64,000 nt of DNA from Amphiscolops sp. MND2022. Lineage: Eukaryota. Under the pieces are notes generated by a model, which saw nothing but the letters and a program-made list of their open reading frames with translations, had not been told where the DNA came from and searched no databases. Below, one piece after another: positions 37,024 through 51,500 of this stretch. The DNA lies in contig OZ076409.1 of the NCBI GenBank assembly GCA_964187785.1, positions 14,944,001-15,008,000 of the forward strand. The letters are read 5' to 3'. Each line of letters begins with the position of its first letter. The first letter of the stretch is position 1. Position numbers and translations under genes: made by a program.

Positions 37024-40000
37024 TGGATCATACTACCACATTGTTTTCCACTTCGTACTACGTTTTTTGTCAGGTTTACATTACAGTCGCATTATGGCCT
37101 GTTTTAAAAATTGATCAGAAACAATATACAGAAAAAATTGAAGCGCTTGTGTTTTGCTCAACCATTGAACAATGAGATCCAGGTTTTTGTTAGAGCTCGG
37201 AAGAAAATTAGCACTGTGAAAATGAATGTTGCAAAAGAGCTTCGACCGAAGCTTCAATCTACAACGAAACTCTCAAGTATGTGAGTTTGAAGGATATGCT
37301 TGCAAACATTAATCTGAACTGAAATCTTGAGACGAAAAAACTACCCAGGTTCTTAGCAGCCTCGTTGACTTCTTTATGAATGAAGATTAACAACCGAACG
37401 AAGTCATGCACTTTCGAACTATCTTCCAGGTCTGTGTAAAACGATATCTTTCCCGTCAGGTATTCTTCCACTTTTCTCGTAGCCTCTGACATTTCCAAGG
37501 CAATTCCTGAAATATACATTCAATTTGGTTCTACTGGATAATTCAACATATCATAAACCATTTCACATATTGAAGGACACTCGAACTCAAAAGATGAAAA
37601 GAATTCAAAATGCAAAAGAATGATTTGAATAGAGACCTGATTGAAAAACATAGCCTTTTAGCAAAAACGACTAAGTTTACATTTAGACGTTTTAGTTTTT
37701 TACTGATGCTTAGTTTTTACTGATGATAATAGTTGAAATTTTAGCGTTCTTTCTTTTGTTTGGAATACAAATGTTTCCGACAGATCGGATTTCACCAAAA
37801 AATCCAAACTCACAGCTTTTTCAGAGTTTCCATATTTTTCATTTAGTTCCGATTTCAACTGATTTGAGAGTTAGGAAAATACCCGAAAGTGAAGGTTAAC
37901 GACTGGAAAACAGCAAGACCTTGATTGAGGATCTTCGTTTGCTTTGTTTTCATGAGTGAAGAAAGTACCATTAAACGGTTTTCTGCTAAAAACATGAATG
38001 TACGTTGATATGAAACGAAAACAAGGAAAAGCATAGGCGCGACGGCATGTAGCGCTTGGGCACGAGCAGAAACGTTCAATGGTCTGCAGAAAGTGTGAAA
38101 AATTCTTCGTGTTCCAGGACCTTGTGAACTTATCCAGTCTCAGATGAGGATAATTTTAATGAAGGAAATTTTCTTTTGAGAAAAATGGAAAAATGTATTT
38201 TTGGCAGGAACCCGAAGGCGTCACACGTCATGACGGAAACTTTGAAGGTACAAAAAGTAGCCTACATACTTGCCTCATTTTGTGAGGGAGAATGGTTTTC
38301 GTTTCTATTTTCAGTTCTGAGAAAAATCAGCCACAAATTGGAAAAAATGGAAAAAAATCAGAAAAATTTTACATTATTTGCTGATTAAAAACCAGAGCGA
38401 AAAAAATTTCGACATCACTTTTAGCCTGAAACGTAGCCTACATAAGCCTCGTAAAATTAACGAAACCATGAACCCCATATTTAGTCTCGGTCATGAGATA
38501 TACGAGCTCAAGTAAAAAAGAACAAGAAATTTTTTTGAAAAACATTGATGATTTTTGGCAGAAACCCGAGGGCGTCATACTTCATGACGGAAACTTTGAT
38601 AGTACAAAAAGTAGCCCACATACTTGTCTTACTTTGTGAAGGAGAATGGTTTTCGTATCTATTTTCAGTTCTGAGAAAAATCAGCTACAAATTTGAAAAA
38701 AATGGAGAAAATTCAGAAAAAGATTTTCATTACTTTATTTGCTTAAAAAAATCCAGGGCAAAAAAATTTAGACATCACTTTTAACCTAAAACGTAGCGTA
38801 CATAAGCCTCGTAACTTTAACAAAAACATGAACCCCATATTTGGTCTCGGTTTTGTGGGTTTTTGGCAGAAAAAAGAGGGTTTTTTTGGCAGAAAAAAGA
38901 GGCGTCATACTTTATGACGGTAACTTTTTGGTCCAAAAAGTAGCCCATATCTATGCTGTTCTTCTCGAAAGAGAACGGTTTCTGTGCCTTATATCAGTTT
39001 TGACAAACATGAGCTACGAATGAGAAAAAGTTTTCCGAAAAATTTTTTGTCCTCTTTTTTGCCCAAAAACACAAAGTATGAAAATAATTGACGTCATTTT
39101 TTGGACAAAATGTAGCCTATAAAACGCTTTTACCATTTACGAAACCATGGACCTTGTATAAGGTCTCAGTTCTGAGATATAGGGGATCAAAGAAGAAAAA
39201 TAGTCAAAAATAGCGTTTTTTTCAAAAATTTTTTTGAAAAAAACCCATGAAACCGTTTTTTTCGGAACTTATTTTCAGCGAAAATTTAGCCTAGGATCCT
39301 GCAAATTTTTTAACGAAAACATGGTGTCCGTATCTGTTCTGCGTTTTGAGAAACTTGCTCCACAAGTTTGAAAAATCGGCACATGTCACGAAATCTGCGG
39401 AAAAAAACATAGGCGCGACGGCATGTCGCCCTTGAGCACGAGCAGAAACGTTCAATGGTCTGCAGCAGGTGTTACAAGTTCTTTTTGTTCCAGGGCCCAC
39501 AACTTTGTGAACTTATCCAGTCTCAGATGAGGATATTTTGATGAAAGAACTAAAAAGGTGAAGGTAAACTTTTTTTAAAATGAAAAACTGAGTTTTTGGC
39601 AGAAACCCCAAGGCGTCATACTTCATGACGGAAACTTTGATGGTACAAAAAGTAGCCTATATACTTGCCTCACTTTGTGAGGGAGAATGGTTTTCGTATG
39701 TATTTCCAGTTCGGAGAAAAATCAGCTACAAATTGGAAAAAAAAGGAAAAAATTCAGAAATTTTTTTTTATTAATTTATTTGCAAAAAAAATCCAGAGCG
39801 AAAAAAATTTCGACATCACTTTTAGCCTAAATCGTAGCGTACATAAGCCTCGTAACTTTAACAAGAATATGAACCCCATATTTGGTCTCAGTCATGAGAT
39901 ATACGAGCTCAAGTGAGAAAAAAAACCAGGGAAATTTTTTTTGAAAAAATAAGTTTTTGGCACAAAAACGATGGCGTCATACTTGATGACGGTAACTTTT

Positions 40001-42450
40001 TGGTCCAAAAAGTAGCCCATATCTATGCTGTTCTTCTCGAAAGAGAACGGTTTCTGTGCCTTATATCAGTTTTGACAAACATGAGCTACGAATGAGAAAA
40101 AATTTTTCGAAACATTTTTTGTCCTCTTTTGCCCAAAAACACCAAGTATGAAAAAAATTGACGTCATTTTTCGGCCAAAATGTAGCCTATAAAACGCTTG
40201 TACCATTTATGAAACCATGGACCTCGTATTGGGTCTCAGTTCTGAGATATAGGGGATCAAAGATGAAAAATAGTCAAAAATAGCGTTTTTTCAAAAATTC
40301 TTTTGAAAAAAACCCATGAAACCGTTTTTTTCGGAACTTATTTTCAGCGAAAATTTGGCCTAGGGTCCTGCAAATTTTTTAACGAAAACATGGTGTCCGT
40401 ATCTGTTCTGCGTTTTGAGAAACTTGCTCCACAAGTTTGAAAAATCGGCACATGTCACGAAATCTGCGGAAAAAAACATAGGCGCGACGGCATGTCGCCC
40501 TTGAGCACGAGCAGAAACGTTCATTGGTCTGCAGCAGGTGTTACAAGTTCTTTTTGTTCCAGGGCCCACAACTTTGTGAACTTATCCAGTCTCAGATGAG
40601 GATATTTTGATGAAAGAACTAAAAAGATGAAGGTAAACTTTTTTTAAAATGAAAAACTGAGTTATTGGCAGAAACCCGAAGGCGTCATACTTCATGACGG
40701 AAACTTTGATGGTACAAAAAGTAGCCTATATACTTGCCTCACTTTGTGAGGGAGAATGGTTTTCGTATGTATTTCCAGTTCGGAGAAAAATCAGCTACAA
40801 AGTGGAAAAAAATCGAAAAAATTCAGAAAATTCTTTAAATATATTATTTGCTTAAAAAAAACCAGAGCAAAAAAAATTCGACATCACTTTTAGCCTAAAA
40901 CGTAGCCTACATAAGCTTTGTAAAATTAACGAAACCATGAACCCCATATTTGATCTCGGTCATGAGATATACGAGCTCAAGAAAAAAAGAACCAAGAATT
41001 TTTTGAAAAAAATGAAGTTTTTTGGAAGAAAAACGAAGGCGCCATGCTTGATGACGGTAACTTTTTGGTCCAAAAAGTAGCCCATATCTATGCTGTTCTT
41101 CTCGAAAGAGAACGGTTTCTGTGCCTTATATCAGTTTTGACAAACATGAGCTACGAATGAGAAAAAAATTTTCGAAACATTTTTTGTCCTCTTTTTTGCC
41201 CAAAAACACCAAGTATGAAAATAATTGACGTCATTTTTCGGCCAAAATGTAGCCTATAAAACGCTTGTACCATTTATGAAACCATGGACCTTGTATTGGG
41301 TCTCAGTTCTGAGATATAGGGGATCAAATATGAAAAATAGTCAAAAATAGCGTTTTTTCAAAAATTCTTTTGGAAAAAACCCATGAAACCGTTTTTTTCG
41401 GAACTTATTTTCGGCGAAAATTTAGCCTAGGGTCCTGTGCATTTTTTAGCGAAAACATGGTGTCCTTATCTGTTCTCGGTTTTGAGAAATTTGCCTCACA
41501 ACTTCAAAAAATTGGCACATGTCACGAAATCTGCGGAAAAAACAAAGGCGCGACGGCATGTCGCGCTTGGGCACGAGCAGAAACATTCAATTGTCTGCAG
41601 CAGGTTGTGAGGGTTGTGAGGGACAAAAAGTAGCATACATACTCGCCTCACTTTGTGAGGGAGAATGGTTTTCGCATCTATTTCCAGTTCGGAGAAAAAC
41701 CAGCTACACTTTGAAAAAATGGAAAAAATTCAGAAAAAATTTTTCATTACTTTAATTGCTAAAAAAATCCAGAGCGAAAAAAATTTCGACATCACTTTCA
41801 ACCTAAAACGTAGCCTACATAGGTTTCGTTAAGCTAACGAAATCATGAACCCCATATTTGGTCTCGGTCATGAGATATACGAGCTCAAGTAAAAAAGAAC
41901 TAAGAAACTTTTTTAAAAAAATTGAAGTTTTTTGGAAGAAAAACGAAGGCGTCATACTTGATGACGGTAACTTTTTGGTCCAAAAAGTAGCCCATATCTA
42001 TGCTGTTCTTCTCGAAAGAGAACGGTTTCTGTGCCTTATATCAGTTTTGACAACCATGAGCTACGAATGAGAAAAACTTTTTGAAACATTTTTGTCCTCT
42101 TTTTTTGCCCAAAAACACCAAGTATGAAAATAATTGACGTCATTTTTTGGACAAAATGTAGCCTATAAAACGCTTTTACCATTTACGAAACCATGGATCT
42201 TGTATTGGGTCTCAGTTCTGAGATATAGGGGATCAAAGATGAAAAATAGTCAAAAACAGCGTTTTTTCAAAAATTCTTTTGAAAAAAACCCTTGAAACCG
42301 TTTTTTTTTCGGAATTTATTTTCGGCGAAAATTTAGCCTAGGATCTTGCGCAACTTTTAGCGAAAACATGTTGTCCGTATCTGTTCTGGATTTTGAGAAA
42401 TTTGCCTCACAAGTTTGAAAAATTGGCACATGTCACGAAATCTGCGAAAA

Positions 42451-42540
42451 AAAACTTAACCATATGGGCATCTCCAAAGCTCGTGCCCCAAAAAAAACGT
42501 CACCATATGGGCATCTCGCAAATCTCGAGCCCCAAAAACA
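42451..42540. repeat. ~40-bp minisatellite (2 copies) inserted in one satellite unit
   Basis: ccatatgggcatctc...cgtgcccc repeated; same motif as 56363-56487. Confidence 0.85.
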
Positions 42541-45500
42541 TAGGAGCGACGGCATGTCGCGCTTGGGCACGAGCAGAAACATTCAATGGACTGCAGCAGG
42601 TGTTACAATTTCTTTGTGTTCCAGGGCCCACAACCTTGTGAACTTATCCAGTCTCAGATGAGGATATTTTGATGAAAGATGAAGGAAAATTTTTTTGAGA
42701 AAAATGAAAAAATGAATTTTTGGCAGAAACCCGAAGGCGTCATACTTCATGACGGAAACTTTGATAGTACAAAAAGTAGCCTACATACTTGCCTCACTTT
42801 GTGAGGGAGAATGGTTTTCGTATGTATTTCCAGTTCGGAGAAAAATCAGCTACAAATTGGAAAAAATTGGAAAAAATTCAGAAAATTTTTTTCATTAATT
42901 TATTTGCTAAAAAAATCCAGAGCGAGAAAAATTTCGACATCACTTTCAACCTAAAACGTAGCCTACATAGGTTTCGTTAAATTAACGAAACCATGAACCC
43001 CATCTTTGGTCTCGGTCATGAGATATACGAGCTCAAAAAAAAGAACCAAGAAACTTTTTTTTTAAATGAAGTTTTTTGGAAGAAAAACGAAGGCGTCATA
43101 CTTGATGACGGTAACTTTTTGGTCCAAAAAGTAGCCCATATCTATGCTGTTCTTCTCGAAAGAGAACGGTTTCTGTGCCTTATATCAGTTTTGACAACCA
43201 TGAGCTACGAATGAGAAAAACTTTTTGAAACATTTTTTGTCCTCTTTTTTGCCCAAAAACACCAAGTATGAAAATAATTGACGTCATTTTTTGGACAAAA
43301 TGTAGCCTATAAAACGCTTTTACCATTTACGAAACCATGGACCTTGTATTGGGTCTCAGTTCTGAGATATAGGGGATCAAAGATGAAAAAAAGTCAAAAA
43401 CAGCGTTTTTTCAAAAATTCTTTTGAAAAAAACCCTTGAAACCGTTTTTTTCGGAATTTATTTTCGGCGAAAATTTAGCCTAGGATCTTGCGCATTTTTT
43501 AGCGAAAACATGGTGTCCTTATCTGTTCTCGGTTTTGAGAAATTTGCCTCACAACTTTGAAAAATTGGCACATGTCACGAAATCTGCGGAAAAAACATAG
43601 GCGCGACGGCATGTCGCCCTTGAGCACGAGCAGAAACGTTCAATGGTCTGCAGCAGGTGTTACAAATTCTTTGTGTTCCAGGGCCCACAACTTTGTGAAC
43701 TTATCCAGTCTCAGATGAGGATATTTTGATGAAAGAGCTAAAAAGATGAAGGAAATTTTTTAAATGAAAAAATGAATTTTTGGCAGAAACCCGAAGGCGT
43801 CATACTTCATGACGGAAACTTTGATAGTACAAAACGTAGCCTACTTACTTGCCTCATTTTGTGAGGGAGAATGGTTTTCGTATGTATTTCCAGTTCGGAG
43901 AAAAATCAGCTACAAATTGGAAAAAAATGGAAAAACTTCAGAAAATTTCTTTAAATAATTTATTTGCTTAAAAAAACCAGAGCAAAAAAAATTCGACATC
44001 ACTTTTAGCCTAAAACGTAGCCTACATAAGCTTTGTAAAATTAACGAAACCATGAACCCCATATTTGGTCTCGGTCATGAGATATACGAGCTCAAGAAAA
44101 AAAGAACCAAGAATTTTTTGAAAAAAATGAAGTTTTTTGGAAGAAAAACGAAGGCGCCATGCTTGATGACGGTAACTTTTTGGTCCAAAAAGTAGCCCAT
44201 ATCTATGCTGTTCTTCTCGAAAGAGAACGGTTTCTGTGCCTTATATCAGTTTTGACAAACATGAGCTACGAATGAGAAAAAAATTTTCGAAACATTTTTT
44301 GTCCTCTTTTTTGCCCAAAAACACCAAGTATGAAAATAATTGACGTCATTTTTCGGCCAAAATGTAGCCTATAAAACGCTTGTACCATTTATGAAACCAT
44401 GGACCTTGTATTGGGTCTCAGTTCTGAGATATAGGGGATCAAAGATGAAAAATAGTCAAAAACAGCGTTTTTTCAAAAATTCTTTTGAAAAAACCCTTGA
44501 AACCGTTTTTTTCGGAATCTATTTTCGGCGAAAATTTAGCCTAGGATCTTGCGCATTTTTTAGCGAAAACATGGTGTCCTTATCTGTTCTCGGTTTTGAG
44601 AAATTTGCCTCACAACTTTGAAAAATTGGCACATGTCACGAAATCTGCGGAAAAAACATAGGCGCGACGGCATGTCGCCCTTGAGCACGAGCAGAAACGT
44701 TCAATGGTCTGCAGCAGGTGTTACAAATTCTTTGTGTTCCAGGGCCCACAACTTTGTGAACTTATCCAGTCTCAGATGAGGATATTTTGATGAAAGAACT
44801 AAAAAGATGAAGGAAATTTTTTAATGAAAAAATGAATTTTTGGCAGAAACCCGAAGGCGTCATACTTCATGACGGAAACTTTGATAGTACAAAAAGTAGC
44901 CTACTTACTTGCCTCACTTTGTGAGGAAGAATGGTTTTCGTATGTATTTCCAGTTCGGAGAAAAATCAGCTACAAATTGGAAAAAAATGGAAAAACTTCA
45001 GAAAATTTCTTTAAATAATTTATTTGCTTAAAAAAAACCAGAGCAAAAAAAATTCGACATCACTTTTAGCCTAAAACGTAGCCTACATAAGCTTTGTAAA
45101 ATTAACGAAACCATGAACCCCATATTTGGTCTCGGTCATGAGATATACGAGCTCAAGAAAAAAAGAACCAAGAATTTTCTTGAAAAAAAATGAAGTTTTT
45201 TGAAAGAAAAACGAAGGCGTCATGCTCGATGACGGTAACTTTTTGGTCCAAAAAGTAGCCCATATCTATGCTGTTCTTCTCGAAAGAGAACGGTTTCTGT
45301 GCCTTATATCAGTTTTGACAAACATGAGCTACGAATGAGAAAAAAATTTTCGAAACATTTTTTGTCCTCTTTTTTGCCCAAAAACACCAAGTATGAAAAT
45401 AATTGACGTCATTTTTCGGCCAAAATGTAGCCTATAAAACGCTTGTACCATTTACGAAACCATGGACCTTGTATTGGGTCTCAGTTCTGAGATATAGGGG

Positions 45501-48500
45501 ATCAAAGATGAAAAATAGTCAAAAATAGCGTTTTTTCAAAAATTCTTTTGGAAAAAACCCATGGAACCGTTTTTTTTCGGAACTTATTTTCGGCGAAAAT
45601 TTAGCCTAGGGTCCTGTGCATTTTTTAGCGAAAACATGGTGTCCTTATCTGTTCTCGGTTTTGAGAAATTTGCCTCACAACTTCAAAAAATTGGCACATG
45701 TCACGAAATCTGTGGAAAAAACATAGGCGCGACGGCATGTCGCCCTTGAGCACGAGCAGAAACGTTCAATGGTCTGCAGCAGGTGTTACCAATTCTTTGT
45801 GTTCCAGGGCCTACAACTTTGTGAACTTATCCAGTCTCAGATGAGGGTATTTAGATGAAAGAACTAAAAAGATGAGGGAAAATTTTTTTTAAATGAAAAA
45901 ATGAATTTTTGGCTGAAACCCGAAGGCGTCATACTTCATGACGGAAACTTTGATAGTACAAAAAATAGCCTACATACTTGCCTCACTTTGTGAGGGAGAA
46001 TGGTTTTCGTATGTATTTCCAGTTCGGAGAAAAATCAGCTACAAATTGGAAAAAATGGAAAAAATTCAGAAATTTTTTTTTATTAATTTATTTGCTAAAA
46101 AAATCCAGAGCGAAAAAAAATTCGACATCAGTTTTAGCCTAAAACGTAGCCTACATAAGCTTCGTAAATTTAACGAAACCATGAACGCCATATTTGGTCT
46201 TGGTCATGAGATATACGAGCTCAAGTAAAAAAGAACCAAGAATTTTTTTGAAAAAAAATGAAGTTTTTTGGAAGAAAAACGAAGGCGTCATATTTGATGA
46301 CGGTAACTTTTTGGTCCAAAAAGTAGCCCATATCTATGCTGTTCTTCTCGAAAGAGAACGGTTTCTGTGCCTTATATCAGTTTTGACAAACATGAGCTAC
46401 GAATGAGAAAAAAATTTTCGAAACTTTTTTGTCCTCTTTTTTGCCCAAAAACACCAAGTATGAAAATAATTGACGTCATTTTTCGGCCAAAATGTAGCCT
46501 ATAAAACGCTTGTACCATTTACGAAACCATGGACCTTGTATTGGGTCTCAGTTCTGAGATATAGGGGATCAAAGATGAAAAATAGTCAAAAATAGCGTTT
46601 TTTCAAAAATTCTCTTGGAAAAAACCCTTGAAACCGTTTTTTTTCGGAATTTATTTTCGGCGAAAATTTAGCCTAGGATCTTGCGCATTTTTTAGCGAAA
46701 ACATGGTGTCCTTATCTGTTCTCGGTTTTGAGAAATTTGCCTCACAACTTTGAAAAATTGGCACATGTCACGAAATCTGCGGAAAAAACATAGGCGCGAC
46801 GGCATGTCGCCCTTGAGCACGAGCAGAAACGTTCAATGGTCTGCAGCAGGTGTTACAAATTCTTTGTGTTCCAGGGCCCACAACTTTGTGAACTTATCCA
46901 GTCTCAGATGAGGATATTTTGATGAAAGAGCTAAAAAGATGAAGGAAATTTTTTAAATGAAAAAATGAATTTTTGGCAGAAACCCGAAGGCGTCATACTT
47001 CATGACGGAAACTTTGATAGTACAAAAAGTAGCCTACTTACTTGCCTCACTTTGTGAGGGAGAATGGTTTTCGTATGTATTTCCAGTTCGGAAAAATCAG
47101 CTACAAATTGGAAAAAAATGGAAAAACTTCAGAAAATTTTTTTAAATAATTTATTTGCTTAAAAAAAACCAGAGCAAAAAAAATTCGACATCACTTTTAG
47201 CCTAAAACGTAGCCTACATAAACTTTGTAAAATTAACGAAACCATGAACCCCATATTTGGTCTCGGTCATGAGATATACGAGCTCAAGAAAAAAAAGAAC
47301 CAAGAACTTTTTTGAAAAAAATGAAGTTCTTTGGAAGAAAAACGAAGGCGTCATGCTCGATGACGGTAACTTTTTGGTCCAAAAAGTAGCCCATATCTAT
47401 GCTGTTCTTCTCGAAAGAGAACGGTTTCTGTGCCTTATATCAGTTTTGACAAACAAGAGCTACGAATGAGAAAAAAATTTTCGAAACATTTTTTGTCCTC
47501 TTTTTTGCCCAAAAACACCAAGTATGAAAATAATTGACGTCATTTTTCGACCAAAATGTAGCCTATAAAACGCTTGTACCATTTACGAAACCATGGACCT
47601 TGTATTGGGTCTCAGTTCTAAGATATAGGGGATCAAAGATGAAAAATAGTCAAAAATAGCGTTTTTTTCAAAAATTCTTTAGGAAAAAACCCATGGAACC
47701 GTTTTTTTCGGAACTTATTTTCGGCGAAAATTTAGCCTAGGGTCCTATGCTTTTTTTAGCGAAAACATGGTGTCCTTATCTGTTCTCGGTTTTGAGAAAT
47801 TTGCCTCACAACTTCAAAAAATTGGCACATGTCTCGAAATCTGCGGAAAAAACATAGGCGCGACGGCATGTCGCCCTTGAGCACGAGCAGAAACGTTCAA
47901 TGGTCTGCAGCAGGTGTTACAAATTCTTTGTGTTCCAGGGCCCACAACTTTGTGAACTTATCCAGTCTCAGATGAGGATATTTTGATGAAAGAACTAAAA
48001 AGATGAAGGAAATTTTTTTTAATGAAAAAATGAATTTTTGGCAGAAACCCGAAGGCGTCATACTTCATGACGGAAACTTTGATAGTACAAAAAGTAGCCT
48101 ACTTACTTGCCTCACTTTGTGAGGGAGAATGGTTTTCGTATGTATTTCCAGTTCGGAGAAAAATCAGCTACAAATTGGAAAAAATGGAAAAAATTCAGAA
48201 ATTTTTTTTATTAATTTATTTGCTAAAAAAAAACCAGAGCAAAAAAATTCGACATCACTTTTAGCCTAAAACGTAGCCTACATAAGCTTTGTAAAATTAA
48301 CGAAACCATGAACCCCATATTTGGTCTCGGTCATGAGATATACGAGCTCAAGAAAAAAAAGAACCAAGAATTTTTTTGAAAAAAATGAAGTTTTTTGGAA
48401 GAAAAACGAAGGCGTCATGCTCGATGACGGTAACTTTTTGGTCCAAAAAGTAGCCCATATCTATGCTGTTCTTCTCGAAAGAGAACGGTTTCTGTGCCTT

Positions 48501-51500
48501 ATATCAGTTTTGACAAACAAGAGCTACGAATGAGAAAAAAATTTTCGAAACATTTTTTGTCCTCTTTTTTGCCCAAAAACACCAAGTATGAAAATAATTG
48601 ACGTCATTTTTCGACCAAAATGTAGCCTATAAAACGCTTGTACCATTTACGAAACCATGGACCTTGTATTGGGTCTCAGTTCTAAGATATAGGGGATCAA
48701 AGATGAAAAATAGTCAAAAATAGCGTTTTTTTCAAAAATTCTTTAGGAAAAAACCCATGGAACCGTTTTTTTCGGAACTTATTTTCGGCGAAAATTTAGC
48801 CTAGGGTCCTATGCTTTTTTTAGCGAAAACATGGTGTCCTTATCTGTTCTCGGTTTTGAGAAATTTGCCTCACAACTTCAAAAAATTGGCACATGTCTCG
48901 AAATCTGCGGAAAAAACATAGGCGCGACGGCATGTCGCCCTTGAGCACGAGCAGAAACGTTCAATGGTCTGCAGCAGGTGTTACAAATTCTTTGTGTTCC
49001 AGGGCCCACAACTTTGTGAACTTATCCAGTCTCAGATGAGGATATTTTGATGAAAGAACTAAAAAGATGAAGGAAATTTTTTTTAATGAAAAAATGAATT
49101 TTTGGCAGAAACCCGAAGGCGTCATACTTCATGACGGAAACTTTGATAGTACAAAAAGTAGCCTACTTACTTGCCTCACTTTGTGAGGGAGAATGGTTTT
49201 CGTATGTATTTCCAGTTCGGAGAAAAATCAGCTACAAATTGGAAAAAATGGAAAAAATTCAGAAATTTTTTTTATTAATTTATTTGCTAAAAAAAAACCA
49301 GAGCAAAAAAATTCGACATCACTTTTAGCCTAAAACGTAGCCTACATAAGCTTTGTAAAATTAACGAAACCATGAACCCCATATTTGGTCTCGGTCATGA
49401 GATATACGAGCTCAAGAAAAAAAAGAACCAAGAATTTTTTTGAAAAAAATGAAGTTTTTTGGAAGAAAAACGAAGGCGTCATGCTCGATGACGGTAACTT
49501 TTTGGTCCAAAAAGTAGCCCATATCTATGCTGTTCTTCTCGAAAGAGAACGGTTTCTGTGCCTTATATCAGTTTTGACAAACAAGAGCTACGAATGAGAA
49601 AAAAATTTTCGAAACATTTTTTGTCCTCTTTTTTGCCCAAAAACACCAAGTATGAAAATAATTGACGTCATTTTTCGACCAAAATGTAGCCTATAAAACG
49701 CTTGTACCATTTACGAAACCATGGACCTTGTATTGGGTCTCAGTTCTGAGATATAGGGGATCAAAGATGAAAAATAGTCAAAAATAGCGTTTTTTCAAAA
49801 ATTCTCTTGGAAAAAACCCTTGAAACCGTTTTTTTTCGGAATTTATTTTCGGCGAAAATTTAGCCTAGGATCTTGCGCATTTTTTAGCGAAAACATGGTG
49901 TCCTTATCTGTTCTCGGTTTTGAGAAATTTGCCTCACAACTTTGAAAAATTGGCACATGTCACGAAATCTGCGGAAAAAACATAGGCGCGACGGCATGTC
50001 GCCCTTGAGCACGAGCAGAAACGTTCAATGGTCTGCAGCAGGTGTTACAAATTCTTTGTGTTCCAGGGCCCACAACTTTGTGAACTTATCCAGTCTCAGA
50101 TGAGGATATTTTGATGAAAGAACTAAAAAGATGAAGGAAATTTTTTTTAATGAAAAAATGAATTTTTGGCAGAAACCCGAAGGCGTCATACTTCATGACG
50201 GAAACTTTGATAGTACAAAAAGTAGCCTACTTACTTGCCTCACTTTGTGAAGGAGAATGGTTTTCGTATGTATTTCCAGTTCGGAGAAAAATCAGCTACA
50301 AATTGGAAAAACTGGAAAAAATTCAGAAATTTTTTTTATTAATTTATTTGCTAAAAAAAATCCAGAGCGAAAAAAAATTCGACATCAGTTTTAGCCTAAA
50401 ACGTAGCCTACATAAGCTTCGTAAATTTAACGAAACCATGAACGCCATATTTGGTCTTGGTCATGAGATATACGAGCTCAAGTAAAAAAGAACCAAGAAT
50501 TTTTTTGAAAAAAAATGAAGTTTTTTGGAAGAAAAACGAAGGCGTCATATTTGATGACGGTAACTTTTTGGTCCAAAAAGTAGCCCATATCTATGCTGTT
50601 CTTCTCGAAAGAGAACGGTTTCTGTGCCTTATATCAGTTTTGACAAACATGAGCTACGAATGAGAAAAAAATTTTCGAAACTTTTTTGTCCTCTTTTTTG
50701 CCCAAAAACACCAAGTATGAAAATAATTGACGTCATTTTTCGGCCAAAGTGTAGCCTATGAAACGCTTGTACCATTTACGAAACCATGGACCTTGTATTG
50801 GGTCTCAGTTCTGAGATATAGGGGATCAAAGATGAAAAATAGTCAAAAATAGCGTTTTTTCAAAAATTCTCTTGGAAAAAACCCTTGAAACCGTTTTTTT
50901 TCGGAATTTATTTTCGGCGAAAATTTAGCCTAGGATCTTGCGCATTTTTTAGCGAAAACATGGTGTCCTTATCTGTTCTCGGTTTTGAGAAATTTGCCTC
51001 ACAACTTTGAAAAATTGGCACATGTCACGAAATCTGCGGAAAAAACATAGGCGCGACGGCATGTCGCCCTTGAGCACGAGCAGAAACGTTCAATGGTCTG
51101 CAGCAGGTGTTACAAATTCTTTGTGTTCCAGGGCCCACAACTTTGTGAACTTATCCAGTCTCAGATGAGGATATTTTGATGAAAGAACTAAAAAGATGAA
51201 GGAAATTTTTTTTAATGAAAAAATGAATTTTTGGCAGAAACCCGAAGGCGTCATACTTCATGACGGAAACTTTGATAGTACAAAAAGTAGCCTACTTACT
51301 TGCCTCACTTTGTGAGGGAGAATGGTTTTCGTATGTATTTCCAGTTCAGAAAAATCAGCTACAAATTGGAAAAAAATGGAAAAACTTCAGAAAATTTTTT
51401 TAAATAATTTATTTGCTTAAAAAAACCAGAGCAAAAAAATTCGACATCACTTTTAGCCTAAAACGTAGCCTACATAAGCTTTGTAAAATTAACGAAACCA

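Noticed and set aside
37259..37519. Protein-like minus-strand ORF (86 aa)
   Set aside because: Short, with no motif or support; may be a host or TE fragment but cannot be called.
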